A stretch of 64,000 nt of DNA from an uncultured Porphyrobacter sp. (GCA_964500135.1 CAZCNF010000010.1:8435-72434); one strand, 5' to 3'; counted from the stretch's first letter, positions 8,680-19,027 are shown. Notes: generated from the letters alone by a model not told the origin. Translations and numbers: made by a program.

Positions 8680-9897
8680 TCACGCACGGTTGGCCAGCTT
8701 GACCACCTCACCGCCATCCCTCAGCTGGTCGAGATAATCGCTCCACCACTGCGCCATGCGCACGCGCTCGTCCCAGTGCTGGCCACGGTGGTAAATGCCG
8801 CGCACGACGTTCTGGTCCTGGTGCGCCAGCGCACGCTCGATCGCGTCATGGCTCCACAGGCCGGATTCGTTGAGTAAGGTAGACGCCGTAGCCCGCAGGC
8901 CATGCGCGGTCATCTCGTCGCCGGTGTAGCCCATGCGGCGCAGCGCGCCGTTGATCGTGTTCTCACTCATCGGCCGATCCTTCGAAGCCAGCGAACGGAA
9001 CACGTAGCGCGATCCGCCGTTGAGACCGCGCAACTGCTCAAGCAGCCCAAGGACCTGATGGGAGAGCGGAACGGCATGCGGCCGGCGCGATTTCATCTTG
9101 CCGGCAGGGATACGCCAAACCGATGCCTCGAGGTCGAACTCCTCCCATTCCGCGTGGCGCAGTTCGCCCGGGCGGACGAAGACATGCGGCGCCATCCGCA
9201 GCGCAAACAGCGTCGTGTGATTGCCTTCGTACTTTTCGATCGCACGCAGCAGTCCGCCAAGTTCAACCGGATCGGTGATTGCGGCATAGTGTTTGGGCTT
9301 GGGGGAGATCAGCGCGCCCTTCAGCGGCGCGCAAGGGTCATGCTCGGCGCGCAGGGTCGAGACCGCAAAGCGGAACACGCGGCTGGCAAAGCTGCGCAGC
9401 CGGCGTGCCTTCTCGTAATTGCCCTTCTGCTCGTAACGCTTGAGTGTGGCGAGCATCTCATGCGGCGTGATCTCGGCGATCGGTCGGTGCCCGATCGACT
9501 TGTTGAGCACGCTCGCCAGCCAGTTCGACTTGACCAGTGTCGCCATGGCCAACCCCTCGGCCTCGCGCTTGGCGATGTATTCAAATGCAACGGCCTGGAA
9601 GGTGTCGCCTTGCCGGATGATCGCGGCGATCTTCTCCTCGCGCCTGCGCCGCGCGGGATCACCGCCCCGCCCGACCTCGACCCGCGCTTCGTCGCGCATC
9701 AGCCGCGCCTCCTTGAGGCCGACCTCGGGGTAGCGGCCGAAGGAGAGTTTCTTCTCCTTGCCGAGCTGGCGATATTTCATCCGCCACAGCTTCGAGCCGT
9801 TGGGCCGGATCAGGAGATAGAGCCCGCCGCCATCGGACAGCTTCCAGTCGCGCTCGCGCGGCGTAGCTTGCTTCACCTGCAGATCAGTCAATGCCAT
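8680..9897 (-). CDS. P4-like tyrosine integrase with Arm DNA-binding domain
   Basis: LSDGGGLYLL..GSKLWRMKYR N-domain; catalytic VRPGELR, HGLR, LAH, GIY; GGAGG RBS before ATG 9897. Confidence 0.95.
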   Translation of the reverse strand: MALTDLQVKQATPRERDWKLSDGGGLYLLIRPNGSKLWRMKYRQLGKEKKLSFGRYPEVGLKEARLMRDEARVEVGRGGDPARRRREEKIAAIIRQGDTFQAVAFEYIAKREAEGLAMATLVKSNWLASVLNKSIGHRPIAEITPHEMLATLKRYEQKGNYEKARRLRSFASRVFRFAVSTLRAEHDPCAPLKGALISPKPKHYAAITDPVELGGLLRAIEKYEGNHTTLFALRMAPHVFVRPGELRHAEWEEFDLEASVWRIPAGKMKSRRPHAVPLSHQVLGLLEQLRGLNGGSRYVFRSLASKDRPMSENTINGALRRMGYTGDEMTAHGLRATASTLLNESGLWSHDAIERALAHQDQNVVRGIYHRGQHWDERVRMAQWWSDYLDQLRDGGEVVKLANRA

Positions 9898-9912
9898 GGG
9901 GTCCACCTCCAA

Positions 9913-9979
9913 TAGGGGGCGATTCCGGCGTCATTTTCGCTGGGGGCCTCAGGGCAAAAAAGGCCCCCAGGGCCCCCAG
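9913..9979. repeat. Probable integrase arm-type sites
   Basis: CTGGGGGCCT (9940-9949) is inverted to AGGCCCCCAG (9961-9970); direct copy GGCCCCCAG 9971-9979; TAGGGGGC 9913-9920. Confidence 0.6.
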
Positions 9980-10082
9980 GTCGAAAATGGACGTTGGCGA
10001 ACGCCTCCGAACAGCTCGGAGAATTTTCTACCATATTTCAGTGGGTTTTGGAATTGCCGGCGAACAAAGCCGGAAGAACAAA

Positions 10083-10169
<87 letters not shown>

Positions 10170-10216
10170 ACGAAAACGCGCCGGTCATCGAAGTCCGGCT
10201 CGCGGTAGGCGCGGGC

Positions 10217-10245
10217 CAATAGCGAGTGCCGACACCACCTGTCAA
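10217..10245 (-). promoter_or_regulatory. Probable sigma70 promoter of tRNA-Leu
   Basis: TTGACA-17 nt-CTATTG on the minus strand. Confidence 0.5.
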
Positions 10246-10345
10246 CGCCAGAAAGCAAGCAAAGCAACCGGCCGGGCTTGCGGGGCGCCGCGCATTGCGG
10301 CAATGCGCCCGCGACCAAGCACGCGCATTCGAACACGGACTTCCG

Positions 10346-11299
10346 ATGGCCCAGACCAATCCCCTCGCGAACAAGCTCGTCACGCTCTTCGGCGGCAGCG
10401 GCTTCCTCGGCCACTACGTCGCGCAGGCCCTGCTTGGGCGGGGCACGCGCCTGCGCATCGCCAGCCGAAATCCCGAACGCTCGTTCAAGCTGAAGCCGCT
10501 CGCCAACCTCGGCCAGCTGCAATTCCAACGCTGCGACATCACCAGCGAGCAGAGCCTTGCCGCTGCGCTCGCAGGCAGCGATGCCGCCATCAACCTGGTC
10601 GGCGCCTTTGACGGCGACCTGATGCAGCTGATGGGCGAAGCCCCCCGCACCATGGCGCGGCTGGCCCAGGCGAATGGCCTGCAAGCCTTCGTCCATGTCA
10701 GTGCGATCGGCAGCGACGCCGCATCGCCTGTGCCCTATGCCCGTGCCAAGGCCACAGGCGAGCAGCAGGTGCTGGCCGAGTTTCCGCAAGCGACCATCAT
10801 CAAGCCTTCGATCATATTCGGCGAGGACGACAACTTCCTCAACCTGTTTGCCGGGCTGATCCAGCTGATGCCGGTGCTGCCCGTATTCGGGCCCGAGGCG
10901 AAGCTGCAGCTGACCTATGTCGGCGATGTCGCCGAAGCGATCGTCACCGCGCTGGAAGACCCGGCCCGGCATGGCGGCAAGACCTTCGAACTGGGCGGCC
11001 CCGAAGCGCTGACGATGATGGAGATCAACCGCCGCATCGCCGCCGCGCAAGGGCGCCAGCGCCATTTCATCGCAGTGCCCGACACTGCTTCTGCAGTGTT
11101 CGCCGCACTGCCCGGTTCGCCGATGAGCCGCGACCAATGGGCGCTGCTCAAGCCTGGCAACACCGTATCAGGCGAACACCCCGGCTACCACCAGCTGGGG
11201 ATCGATCCGCGCCCGCTCGGCCTGTTCCTCGACAAGTGGATGGTGAGATACCGCAAGCACGGCCGGTTCGACGTAACCGCAGGCACCAGCGCGACCTAA
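10346..11299 (+). CDS. Complex I NDUFA9-family NAD(P)-dependent SDR
   Basis: LFGGSGFLG Rossmann motif, NLVG, HVSAIG, YARAKA. Confidence 0.88.
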   Translation: MAQTNPLANKLVTLFGGSGFLGHYVAQALLGRGTRLRIASRNPERSFKLKPLANLGQLQFQRCDITSEQSLAAALAGSDAAINLVGAFDGDLMQLMGEAPRTMARLAQANGLQAFVHVSAIGSDAASPVPYARAKATGEQQVLAEFPQATIIKPSIIFGEDDNFLNLFAGLIQLMPVLPVFGPEAKLQLTYVGDVAEAIVTALEDPARHGGKTFELGGPEALTMMEINRRIAAAQGRQRHFIAVPDTASAVFAALPGSPMSRDQWALLKPGNTVSGEHPGYHQLGIDPRPLGLFLDKWMVRYRKHGRFDVTAGTSAT

Positions 11300-11826
11300 T
11301 CGCCGACGCCCCCGCCGTCACCAACCCCGTCTCCGCCGTCGATTGCGCTGTCATCAGCCTTGCCGGGCGGCGGAAGCGCGGCCTCCACCGGCTCGACCAG
11401 CAGCACAGCCCCGTCGCTGCCCGTGATCCGCACCCTTGCGCCTACTGGAATGTCCGGCCCCTTGGCCAGCCACTCGCTGTCCCCGTGCCTGACCCGGCCC
11501 GAGCCGCCATCGAATGCCTGTGTCACCACCGCCGTATCGCCCGCCAGCCGCGACCCGCGCCGGTTGAGCAGCGGGTCGGAGCTTTCGATCGGCGAATCGC
11601 GCAGGAAGCGCCGCGCACTGAACGCCGCGATCAGCGAAGCGGAGACAAACACCACGATTTGCGCTGGCAGCGCCAGGTCGAGGCCGAAGGTCAGCACGCC
11701 GGTTACGATCGCGGCCACCGCCAGCCAGATCAGGTAGACCCCCGGCAACAGCATTTCGAGCGCGGCAAGCACCAGCCCGATCGCGATCCACACCCAATGC
11801 GGATCGAACCCGTCCAGCCCGTTCAT
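11296..11826 (-). CDS. NfeD family membrane protein
   Basis: [37 protein letters not shown]; coupled to the SPFH gene. Confidence 0.88.
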   Translation of the reverse strand: MNGLDGFDPHWVWIAIGLVLAALEMLLPGVYLIWLAVAAIVTGVLTFGLDLALPAQIVVFVSASLIAAFSARRFLRDSPIESSDPLLNRRGSRLAGDTAVVTQAFDGGSGRVRHGDSEWLAKGPDIPVGARVRITGSDGAVLLVEPVEAALPPPGKADDSAIDGGDGVGDGGGVGD

Positions 11827-12827
11827 GCGCTGTCACCGGAACGCGGCACGGCCGCGCGCGAGCGCACCTGCGGCAGCGGCTGGCCCGCGGGGTTGGCGGC
11901 CGGCACCGTCACGTCGCCTTCGCGCGTGCCGATCGCGTCCTTGACCAGCTCGCCGATCCCGCCGAGCGAGCCGATCAGCTGGGTCGCCTCGACCGGGAAC
12001 AGGATCGTCTTGGCGTTGGGGCTGGTGGCAAACTTGCCCACCGCCTTGGTGTATTCCTGCGCAATGAAGTAATTGATCGCGGCATTGCCGCTTTGGGCGA
12101 TTGCATCAGAGACCATCTGCGTCGCCCGCGCTTCAGCCTCTGCCGCGCGTTCGCGCGCTTCGGCATCGCGGAAGGCGGCTTCCTTCTTGCCTTCGGCCGA
12201 AAGAATTGCCGACTGCTTCTCGCCCTCGGCGCGCAGGATACGGCTGGCGCGCTCGCCCTCGGCCTCGAGAATCTCGGCGCGCTTGAGGCGTTCGGCCTTC
12301 ATTTGCCGCGCCATCGCTTCGGAAATGTCATGCGGCGGGCGAATGTCCTTGATTTCGACCCGGGTGATCTTCACGCCCCACGGCGAAGTGGCATGATCGA
12401 CCACGCTGAGCAGGCGGGCATTGATCTCGTCACGCTTCGACAGCGTCTCGTCGAGGTCCATGCTGCCCATCACCGTACGCAGGTTGGTGGTCGTCAGAGC
12501 CATGATCGCGGCATAGAGATTATGCACTTCATAGGCCGCCTTGCCCGCATCGAGCACCTGGAAGAACACCACCGCGTCCACCCCCACCATCGCGTTGTCG
12601 CGGGTGATGATCTCCTGCCCGGGGATGTCGAGCACCTGCTCCATCATGTTCACCTTCTGCCCGACCCGGTCGATGAAGGGGATGATCAGGTGCAGCCCGG
12701 GATCAGCCGAAATGGTGAAGCGGCCCAGCCGTTCGATGGTGTAGACATATCCCTGCCGTACCACGCGCACCGCCATGATGAGGAAGGTGACCAGCAGAAA
12801 CAGCAGCGCAAGCAGCACATATTCCAT
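11823..12827 (-). CDS. SPFH/band 7 (stomatin-like) protein
   Basis: [45 protein letters not shown]. Confidence 0.93.
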   Translation of the reverse strand: MEYVLLALLFLLVTFLIMAVRVVRQGYVYTIERLGRFTISADPGLHLIIPFIDRVGQKVNMMEQVLDIPGQEIITRDNAMVGVDAVVFFQVLDAGKAAYEVHNLYAAIMALTTTNLRTVMGSMDLDETLSKRDEINARLLSVVDHATSPWGVKITRVEIKDIRPPHDISEAMARQMKAERLKRAEILEAEGERASRILRAEGEKQSAILSAEGKKEAAFRDAEARERAAEAEARATQMVSDAIAQSGNAAINYFIAQEYTKAVGKFATSPNAKTILFPVEATQLIGSLGGIGELVKDAIGTREGDVTVPAANPAGQPLPQVRSRAAVPRSGDSA

Positions 12828-13060
12828 CGAAAATTTCTCCCCTAAAGACCAGGCCCGGGCAGATTACATGGCCTCTGCCTGGCTTCCAAGGGAAACCGGA
12901 CAAACACATCGCTGGGGAAGCTCGGCCAAGGTGGCAACCTGCCTTCCGAAGGGGCAATTCTCCGGTTGTTGCAACCCTGGGTGCCAGCTGCGAACGCAGC
13001 CACAGCTGCGCCCCGCGCAGTTGTAGCATCACTGTCATATTCCAATTATAGGCGCGCGCC

Positions 13061-13480
13061 ATGGACGTGATCATCTACCACAACCCCGCCTGCGGGACCT
13101 CGCGCAATACGCTTGGACTGATCCGCAACGCCGGTGTCGAGCCGCAGGTAATCGAATATCTCAAGACCCCGCCCAGCCGTAGCGAACTGGTCGATCTGAT
13201 TGCCCGCATGGGTATGCCGGTACGCTCGGTCATGCGCGAAAAGGGCACGCCGTTTCACGAACTGGGGCTCGATGATACCGCGCTGGGCGATGACGCGCTG
13301 ATTGATGCGATGATGGCCCACCCGATCCTGATCAATCGCCCGATCGTTGTGACACCCAAGGGCGTCAGGCTATGCCGCCCGTCCGAACGGGTGATCGATC
13401 TGCTGCCGCCACAGTTGGGAGAATTCTACAAGGAAGACGGGCAATTGCTGGTGGACGCAGAGGGCAAGCCGGTCGCATGA
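13061..13480 (+). CDS. arsC: Arsenate reductase (glutaredoxin-dependent)
   Basis: IYHNPACGTSRN, HPILINRPIV, LCRPSE. Confidence 0.93.
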   Translation: MDVIIYHNPACGTSRNTLGLIRNAGVEPQVIEYLKTPPSRSELVDLIARMGMPVRSVMREKGTPFHELGLDDTALGDDALIDAMMAHPILINRPIVVTPKGVRLCRPSERVIDLLPPQLGEFYKEDGQLLVDAEGKPVA

Positions 13481-14154
13481 ACCAAGGCCTGCCGCGCAGT
13501 CTGCTGGCCGAGGCGCTGGGCACTGCGCTGCTGGTCGCCACAGTGGTGGGATCAGGCATCATGGCCGAAACACTTGCCGGCGGGAGCCTGGGCCTGGCGC
13601 TGCTCGCCAACACCATTGCCACCGGCGCGATCCTGTTCGTGCTGATCACCGTGCTTGGCCCGGTGTCCGGTGCGCACTTCAATCCTGTCGTGATCTGCGT
13701 GTTTGCGTTGCGGGGGCAGTTGGCCCCGTCATATGCGCTTGCGTTTGCAGCCACGCAGCTGCTGGGCGGAATCGTCGGCACATTGCTGGCTCATGCCATG
13801 TTCGACCAGCCGCTGCTGCAATTCTCGAACACCGGGCGGGCCGGCCTGTCGCAATGGCTATCGGAAGGCGTCGCGACCTTCGCGCTGGTCTTCACAATCC
13901 TGGGCACGCTCAAGTCGCGCCCCGCCGCGGTGCCCGCGGCCGTGGCACTGGTGATCGTGGCTGGTTACTGGTTCACCGCCAGCACATCCTTTGCCAATCC
14001 GGCGGTGACCGTGGCGCGCGCGCTGACCGATACATTCTCCGGTATTGCGCCGCGCGATGCCCTCCCCTTCATCGTGGCACAGTTCATTGGCGGCATCGCT
14101 GCCTTGGTGCTCTGCAAGGCCCTGTTCGACCTCGACGAAACAGCCAGCCAGTGA
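13477..14154 (+). CDS. MIP/aquaporin family channel (AqpS-like, ars-associated)
   Basis: SGAHFNPV and TSFANPAVT; ATGA overlap with arsC. Confidence 0.88.
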   Translation: MNQGLPRSLLAEALGTALLVATVVGSGIMAETLAGGSLGLALLANTIATGAILFVLITVLGPVSGAHFNPVVICVFALRGQLAPSYALAFAATQLLGGIVGTLLAHAMFDQPLLQFSNTGRAGLSQWLSEGVATFALVFTILGTLKSRPAAVPAAVALVIVAGYWFTASTSFANPAVTVARALTDTFSGIAPRDALPFIVAQFIGGIAALVLCKALFDLDETASQ

Positions 14155-14164
14155 ACCGCCGGCG

Positions 14165-15061
14165 CTAGAGCGCGCCTTCGTAAAGCCTCAGCAATTCGCC
14201 CCAGGCGCGCTCCGCCTCGGCTTCGGCATAGGCGGGGCTGTCGGGCACGCACCAGCCATGGTCGCCGGCGAAGACCTCGACCACTGCCTTGCGCCCGGCG
14301 CTGGCAGCGGCTTCGCGCAGCGCGTCCTTCTCGCCCGGCGCTTCGGCGTCATCGTCCTGTGCGATTGCAATCAGCAGTGCAGCGTCCATCTGCCCGAACA
14401 GCTTGTGCGGGCTCATCGGATTGTCGGGACGGATCAGCCCGCCGCCGTGGAAGCTGGCGGCTGCCTTGACCCGCGCTGGTGCCGCCGCTGCGGTCCACAT
14501 CGCGAAGGGGCCACCCATGCAGTAACCCTGGGTGCCGATGCCGCACTGTGCGTCCACCTCGCGGCGGCTATCGAGGAAAGCGACGGCAGCGGTGGCATCG
14601 CGCATGATTGCTGCCGCATCGAGCTTGCCCCGCATCGCACGGGCGCGATCCCACCCGCCATTGGCGGCGAATTCGGCGAAGCTCGACCAGATCGGCGCGG
14701 GCAGATCGCGGTAGTACTGGTTCACGACCAGCGCCGCGAACCCGCGATCAGCCAGCCGCCGCGCCATCGCCTTCTTGCTTTCGCGCACCCCCGCGATGTC
14801 CGGCCACAGGATCACCGCCGGTGCCGGGCCGGACGTAGGTGCAGCCAGCCAGCCGTCCATCGTACCATCAGGTGTCGGGAAGCTGACCGCCGCTTCGGTG
14901 AAGCTGGGAAACCCGGGCGAAGTCACCACCTGCGCACCGCCATCGGCAGCGCCAAGTGCGGGCGAGCACGCCGTTATCGCCGCAGCTGCCCCCAGCACAC
15001 CGAATTCGCGGCGGCTCAACCCTTCGCGCGCCCAGCGGGCGATCTTGTCCTCATCGCACAT
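14165..15061 (-). CDS. Dienelactone hydrolase family protein with Tat-like signal
   Basis: SRREFG, WPDIAG, GYCMGG, FHGGG, HGW. Confidence 0.88.
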   Translation of the reverse strand: MCDEDKIARWAREGLSRREFGVLGAAAAITACSPALGAADGGAQVVTSPGFPSFTEAAVSFPTPDGTMDGWLAAPTSGPAPAVILWPDIAGVRESKKAMARRLADRGFAALVVNQYYRDLPAPIWSSFAEFAANGGWDRARAMRGKLDAAAIMRDATAAVAFLDSRREVDAQCGIGTQGYCMGGPFAMWTAAAAPARVKAAASFHGGGLIRPDNPMSPHKLFGQMDAALLIAIAQDDDAEAPGEKDALREAAASAGRKAVVEVFAGDHGWCVPDSPAYAEAEAERAWGELLRLYEGAL

Positions 15062-15168
15062 GGCCAGTCCCTTCTATCGCCGCGGCAAGTGTGCCCCTGC
15101 GCCGCTAAATGCGCAATGGACAGCGCCCGCACTTCGCGGCAGTCTGCCGCTCGAGGGGAGAATGCGGG

Positions 15169-17289
15169 ATGGCGGCAAAAGGTTTCCTGGCGGGTGCAAT
15201 CGGCGCGCTGGCGCTGCTGGTGGCGGGCTGCAGTGAGCGCGGAGCGGAGCGATCAGCGGCGCCGACGCAGGGCGTGACCGACGCGATGATCGAAGCCGGC
15301 GTGGGCGAGGAATGGCTGAGCTACGGCGGTGGCTATGAGGAGCAGCGCTTCTCGCCGCTCGACCAGATCGACGAGGCCAATGTCGGCCAGCTGGGCCTCG
15401 CCTGGTATGCCGATCTCGATACCGCGCGCGGGCAGGAAGCCACCCCGCTGATGCATGACGGCACCATCTATGTCTCCACCGCCTGGAGCATGGTGAAGGC
15501 TTATGATGCCAAAACCGGCACGCTCAAATGGAGTTATGACCCGGAAGTCCCGCGCGAAACGCTGGCCCGCGTGTGCTGCGACGCGGTGAATCGCGGTGTG
15601 GCGCTCTATGGCGACAAGGTGTTCGTGGCCGCGCTCGACGGGCGGCTGATCGCGCTCGACCAGCAAACCGGCAAGGAGGAATGGTCGAGCCTGGTGGTGC
15701 CCGACCAGGACAGCTATGCCATCACTGGCGCGCCGCGTGTCGCCAAGGGGCTGGTGTTCATCGGCAGCGCCGGGGCGGAATATCGCGCGCGCGGCTTCCT
15801 GGCCGCCTATGATTGGCAGACCGGCAAAGAGGTGTGGCGCTTCCGCACCGTGCCGGGCAATCCCGCCGATGGCTTCGAGAACGACGCCATGGCCCGCGCG
15901 GCAGAGACCTGGCAGGGCAAGTGGTGGGAATTCGGCGGCGGCGGCACCGTGTGGGATTCGATCGTCTACGACCCGGTTACGAACCTCGTGCTGTTCGGCA
16001 CCGGCAATGCCGAGCCGTGGAACCCCAAGACCAACGACCGCGGACTGGGCGATGCGCTCTACACGTCGTCGATCGTGGCGGTGGATGCCGACACCGGGGA
16101 ATACGCCTGGCATTTCCAGGAGACGCCTGAAGACCGCTGGGACTTCGATTCCAATTCGCAGATCACGCTCGCCAATCTCGAAGTGGGCGGCAAGATGCGC
16201 CGGGTGGCGATGCATGCGCCCAAGAACGGCTTCTACTATGTGCTCGACGCAAAGACCGGCAAGTTCCTGTCGGGCGAAGCGATCGTACCAGTCAACTGGG
16301 CCGAAGGGCTGGATCCCGCCACCGGGCGACCGAAGATCCGGCCAGAGGCACGCTATGAGCAAACGGGGCAGCTCTTCATCGGGACACCGGGGATTTACGG
16401 CGCGCATACCTGGCACCCGATGAGCTTCAGCCCGAAGACCGGCCTGATGTATATCCCCGCCAATAACACCATGATGCCCTATCTTGCCGACAAGGAATTC
16501 AGGGGCAGCGAGTTCGGGATGCAGCTGGGGATCGATGCAGGCGCCGTCGAGTTGCCGGCCGACAAGACTGCCCGGCAACAGGCGATGGATGCCACCACCG
16601 GCATGCTGCTGGCGTGGGACCCGGTCGCGCAGAAGGAACGCTGGCGGGTGAGCCATCCGGGCCCGTCGAACGGGGGCACGCTCTCGACCGCGGGCAATCT
16701 GGTGTTTCAGGGCACGGCCGGGGGCGAGTTCCGCGCCTATGCCGCCGACACCGGCCGCCAGCTGTGGTCCTTTGCCGCGCAGACCGGGATCATCGCCGCA
16801 CCGATGACCTATGCGATCGACGGCGAGCAATATGTCGCGATCCTGGTCGGCTGGGGCGGGCTGTGGGACCTCAACACTGGCCTCCTGGCCGGAAAATCGG
16901 GCCCGACCCCGAACATCAGCCGCCTGCTGGTGTTCAAGCTGGGGGCTAAGGGCGAACTACCCCCGCCCCCGCCGCTGCGCGAACTGGTGCTCGATCCACC
17001 GGCTTTCACCGGTACGGCGGCGCAAGTGGCCCGCGGCCAGGCGCTCTATGGGCAATACTGCTCGGCCTGCCATGGCGACGCGGCGATCGCCGGGCAGCTC
17101 AACCCAGACCTGCGCCATTCCCCCACCATCGGCCGGACCGAAGCGATCAGGGCAATCGTGATCGACGGTGCGCTGAAGCACAATGGCATGGTGTCGTTCA
17201 AGCAGGTGGTTGACGGCAACGACGCAGTGGCAATCCGGCAGTATCTGATCAAGCGTGCCAATGAGGACAAGGCGCTGGAGCAAAGCTGA
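15169..17289 (+). CDS. PQQ-dependent quinohemoprotein alcohol dehydrogenase (type II), lipoprotein
   Basis: LVAGC lipobox, RGQEATP, CCDAVNRG, GAEY, WDFD, C-terminal CSACHG heme c motif. Confidence 0.92.
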   Translation: MAAKGFLAGAIGALALLVAGCSERGAERSAAPTQGVTDAMIEAGVGEEWLSYGGGYEEQRFSPLDQIDEANVGQLGLAWYADLDTARGQEATPLMHDGTIYVSTAWSMVKAYDAKTGTLKWSYDPEVPRETLARVCCDAVNRGVALYGDKVFVAALDGRLIALDQQTGKEEWSSLVVPDQDSYAITGAPRVAKGLVFIGSAGAEYRARGFLAAYDWQTGKEVWRFRTVPGNPADGFENDAMARAAETWQGKWWEFGGGGTVWDSIVYDPVTNLVLFGTGNAEPWNPKTNDRGLGDALYTSSIVAVDADTGEYAWHFQETPEDRWDFDSNSQITLANLEVGGKMRRVAMHAPKNGFYYVLDAKTGKFLSGEAIVPVNWAEGLDPATGRPKIRPEARYEQTGQLFIGTPGIYGAHTWHPMSFSPKTGLMYIPANNTMMPYLADKEFRGSEFGMQLGIDAGAVELPADKTARQQAMDATTGMLLAWDPVAQKERWRVSHPGPSNGGTLSTAGNLVFQGTAGGEFRAYAADTGRQLWSFAAQTGIIAAPMTYAIDGEQYVAILVGWGGLWDLNTGLLAGKSGPTPNISRLLVFKLGAKGELPPPPPLRELVLDPPAFTGTAAQVARGQALYGQYCSACHGDAAIAGQLNPDLRHSPTIGRTEAIRAIVIDGALKHNGMVSFKQVVDGNDAVAIRQYLIKRANEDKALEQS

Positions 17290-17759
17290 TGGCTAAACCA
17301 GGGAACGCCGATCCGGCCGACATCCGCAACTGGCGCCGCCGGCCCGACGGCACCACGACCTCCGGCAGGCTCGAGCCGCATGACCCGGCGCGCCTTGCCG
17401 CCGTAGGCGTCAGGCATGTCGTGAACCTGGCACTCGACAGCCATCCCGAAGCGCTGGCGGACGAACAGGCCCTGCTCGCCGCCCAAGGGATCGGCTACAC
17501 CCATATCCCGGTGCCGTTCGACGCGCCGACCGCCGAGCACATCGCTAGGCTCAAGGCTACGCTGGAGGAGGCCGAAGGCCCGGTCCATGTGCATTGCATC
17601 ATGAACTGGCGCGTCACTGCCTTCATGTATCTGCTCGACCTTGAGGCTGGCGTGCCCGAGCCCGAGGCGCGCGCGCGCCTGCTCGACGTGTGGGATCCCT
17701 TCACTAGCGACGAACCGGCCGCCCGGCCCTGGCGCGAATTGCTGTCCCAGAGGCGCTAA
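17289..17759 (+). CDS. PTP-like/DUF442 family protein
   Basis: TTSGR, VVNLA, HIPVPF, VHVHCIMNWRV. Confidence 0.7.
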   Translation: MAKPGNADPADIRNWRRRPDGTTTSGRLEPHDPARLAAVGVRHVVNLALDSHPEALADEQALLAAQGIGYTHIPVPFDAPTAEHIARLKATLEEAEGPVHVHCIMNWRVTAFMYLLDLEAGVPEPEARARLLDVWDPFTSDEPAARPWRELLSQRR

Positions 17760-18157
17760 CTGGCGAAGAAGTTCAGTTCCAGCAGCACATTGTTGGGATC
17801 GGCGGTGAAGATCTGCCGCAGCCCGATCGCGGAGAGATCGTTCACCCGGTAATCCGCGCCGCGCGCGTCGAGCCGCGCCTTGACTTCGTCGAAGTTACCA
17901 CAACGCAGCGCTACGTGATGGATCGCGCCCGTCTCGCTGCCGGGCGCTACCTTGCGGTCAAAGGCGCGCGGGCAGTCGACCGAATTGAGGTGCAGGATCG
18001 CAATTCCCGCGCTGTCATACATCCAGCGGACCTGTTCGGGCTTCAGCGGCGGCGGGCCGTCGCGCTCTTCCAGATCGAGCAACTCGGCATAGAACCGCGC
18101 GGTTTCGGCCAGCCGGTCGGTGATGATGTTCACATGGTCCAGCCGCTCGACGATCAT
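17756..18157 (-). CDS. VOC/glyoxalase family protein
   Basis: LDHVNI..FYAELL, IHHVAL, DPNNVLLELN. Confidence 0.88.
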   Translation of the reverse strand: MIVERLDHVNIITDRLAETARFYAELLDLEERDGPPPLKPEQVRWMYDSAGIAILHLNSVDCPRAFDRKVAPGSETGAIHHVALRCGNFDEVKARLDARGADYRVNDLSAIGLRQIFTADPNNVLLELNFFAS

Positions 18158-18171
18158 CCGCTTGCTCCTGT

Positions 18172-19026
18172 TCAGCCCCTGAACACCACGGTGCGCGTAC
18201 CGTTCATCAGCACGCGCTCTTCCAGATGCAGCCGCACCGCTTCGGCAAGCACGCGCCGTTCGATGTCGCGGCCCTTGCGCACCAGTTCCTCAGGCGTGTC
18301 GGCATGGGTGATCGGTTCGACATCCTGGTGGATGATCGGCCCTTCGTCGAGGTCCTGCGTCACGTAATGCGCGGTCGCCCCGATCATCTTCACCCCACGC
18401 GCATGTGCCTGGTGATAGGGCTTGGCACCCTTGAAACCGGGCAGGAAGCTGTGGTGGATATTGATGCAGCGCCCGGCGAAATGCGCCGCCTGCTCGTTCG
18501 AGAGGATCTGCATATAGCGCGCTAGCACCACCAGTTCCGCCCCCGTCTCTTCCGCGATGGCGCGCACCTGTGCTTCCTGCTGCGTCTTGGTTTCGGCGGT
18601 AACCGGCAGATGGTGGAACGGCACGCCATCAACGTCTGTGTGCCTTATGCTCTCGCGCGGATGGTTGGAGACGATCGCCACCGGCTCCATCGGCAGTTCG
18701 CCGATGCGCCAGCGATAGAGCAGATCGGCGAGGCAATGGTCGAACTTGCTGACCAGGATCAGGACGCGGCGCGGCCGGTCGCGCTGCACTAGCTTCCATT
18801 CCATGCCGTGGTCGGCCGCCAGCGGAGCAAAGGCCTCGCGGAACAGGTCGGGTGATGCGGCGCCGGGATCGAATTCGACTCGCATGAAGAAGCAATCGCT
18901 GGCGCGATCGTTGAACTGCTGCGCCTCGAGCACATTGCCGCCGCGTTCGAACAGCAGCGAGGTGACCCGCGCGGTGATGCCGGGGCGGTCGGCGCAACTG
19001 AGCGTAAGGACGATCGGTTCGGCCAT
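18172..19026 (-). CDS. purU: Formyltetrahydrofolate deformylase
   Basis: ACT domain [39 protein letters not shown]. Confidence 0.97.
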   Translation of the reverse strand: MAEPIVLTLSCADRPGITARVTSLLFERGGNVLEAQQFNDRASDCFFMRVEFDPGAASPDLFREAFAPLAADHGMEWKLVQRDRPRRVLILVSKFDHCLADLLYRWRIGELPMEPVAIVSNHPRESIRHTDVDGVPFHHLPVTAETKTQQEAQVRAIAEETGAELVVLARYMQILSNEQAAHFAGRCINIHHSFLPGFKGAKPYHQAHARGVKMIGATAHYVTQDLDEGPIIHQDVEPITHADTPEELVRKGRDIERRVLAEAVRLHLEERVLMNGTRTVVFRG

Positions 19027-19027
19027 G

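Larger units (their letters stand above)
1..10082. mobile_element. Phage-satellite-like genomic island integrated at tRNA-Leu 3' end; left boundary outside window
   Basis: P4-family integrase next to the tRNA 3' end, then AlpA/Xis, DUF3631 and DUF2280 genes and defence cargo. 1-8680 looks less GC-rich than the flanking core genes. No second att copy seen in the window. Confidence 0.85.

Noticed and set aside
1..8680. Second att copy of the tRNA-Leu 3' end
   Set aside because: Not found by eye; the island probably extends beyond base 1.
12775..13026. arsR remnant (GCCNPGC) upstream of arsC
   Set aside because: Only a Cys cluster with no ArsR HTH; the ORF overlaps the SPFH start.
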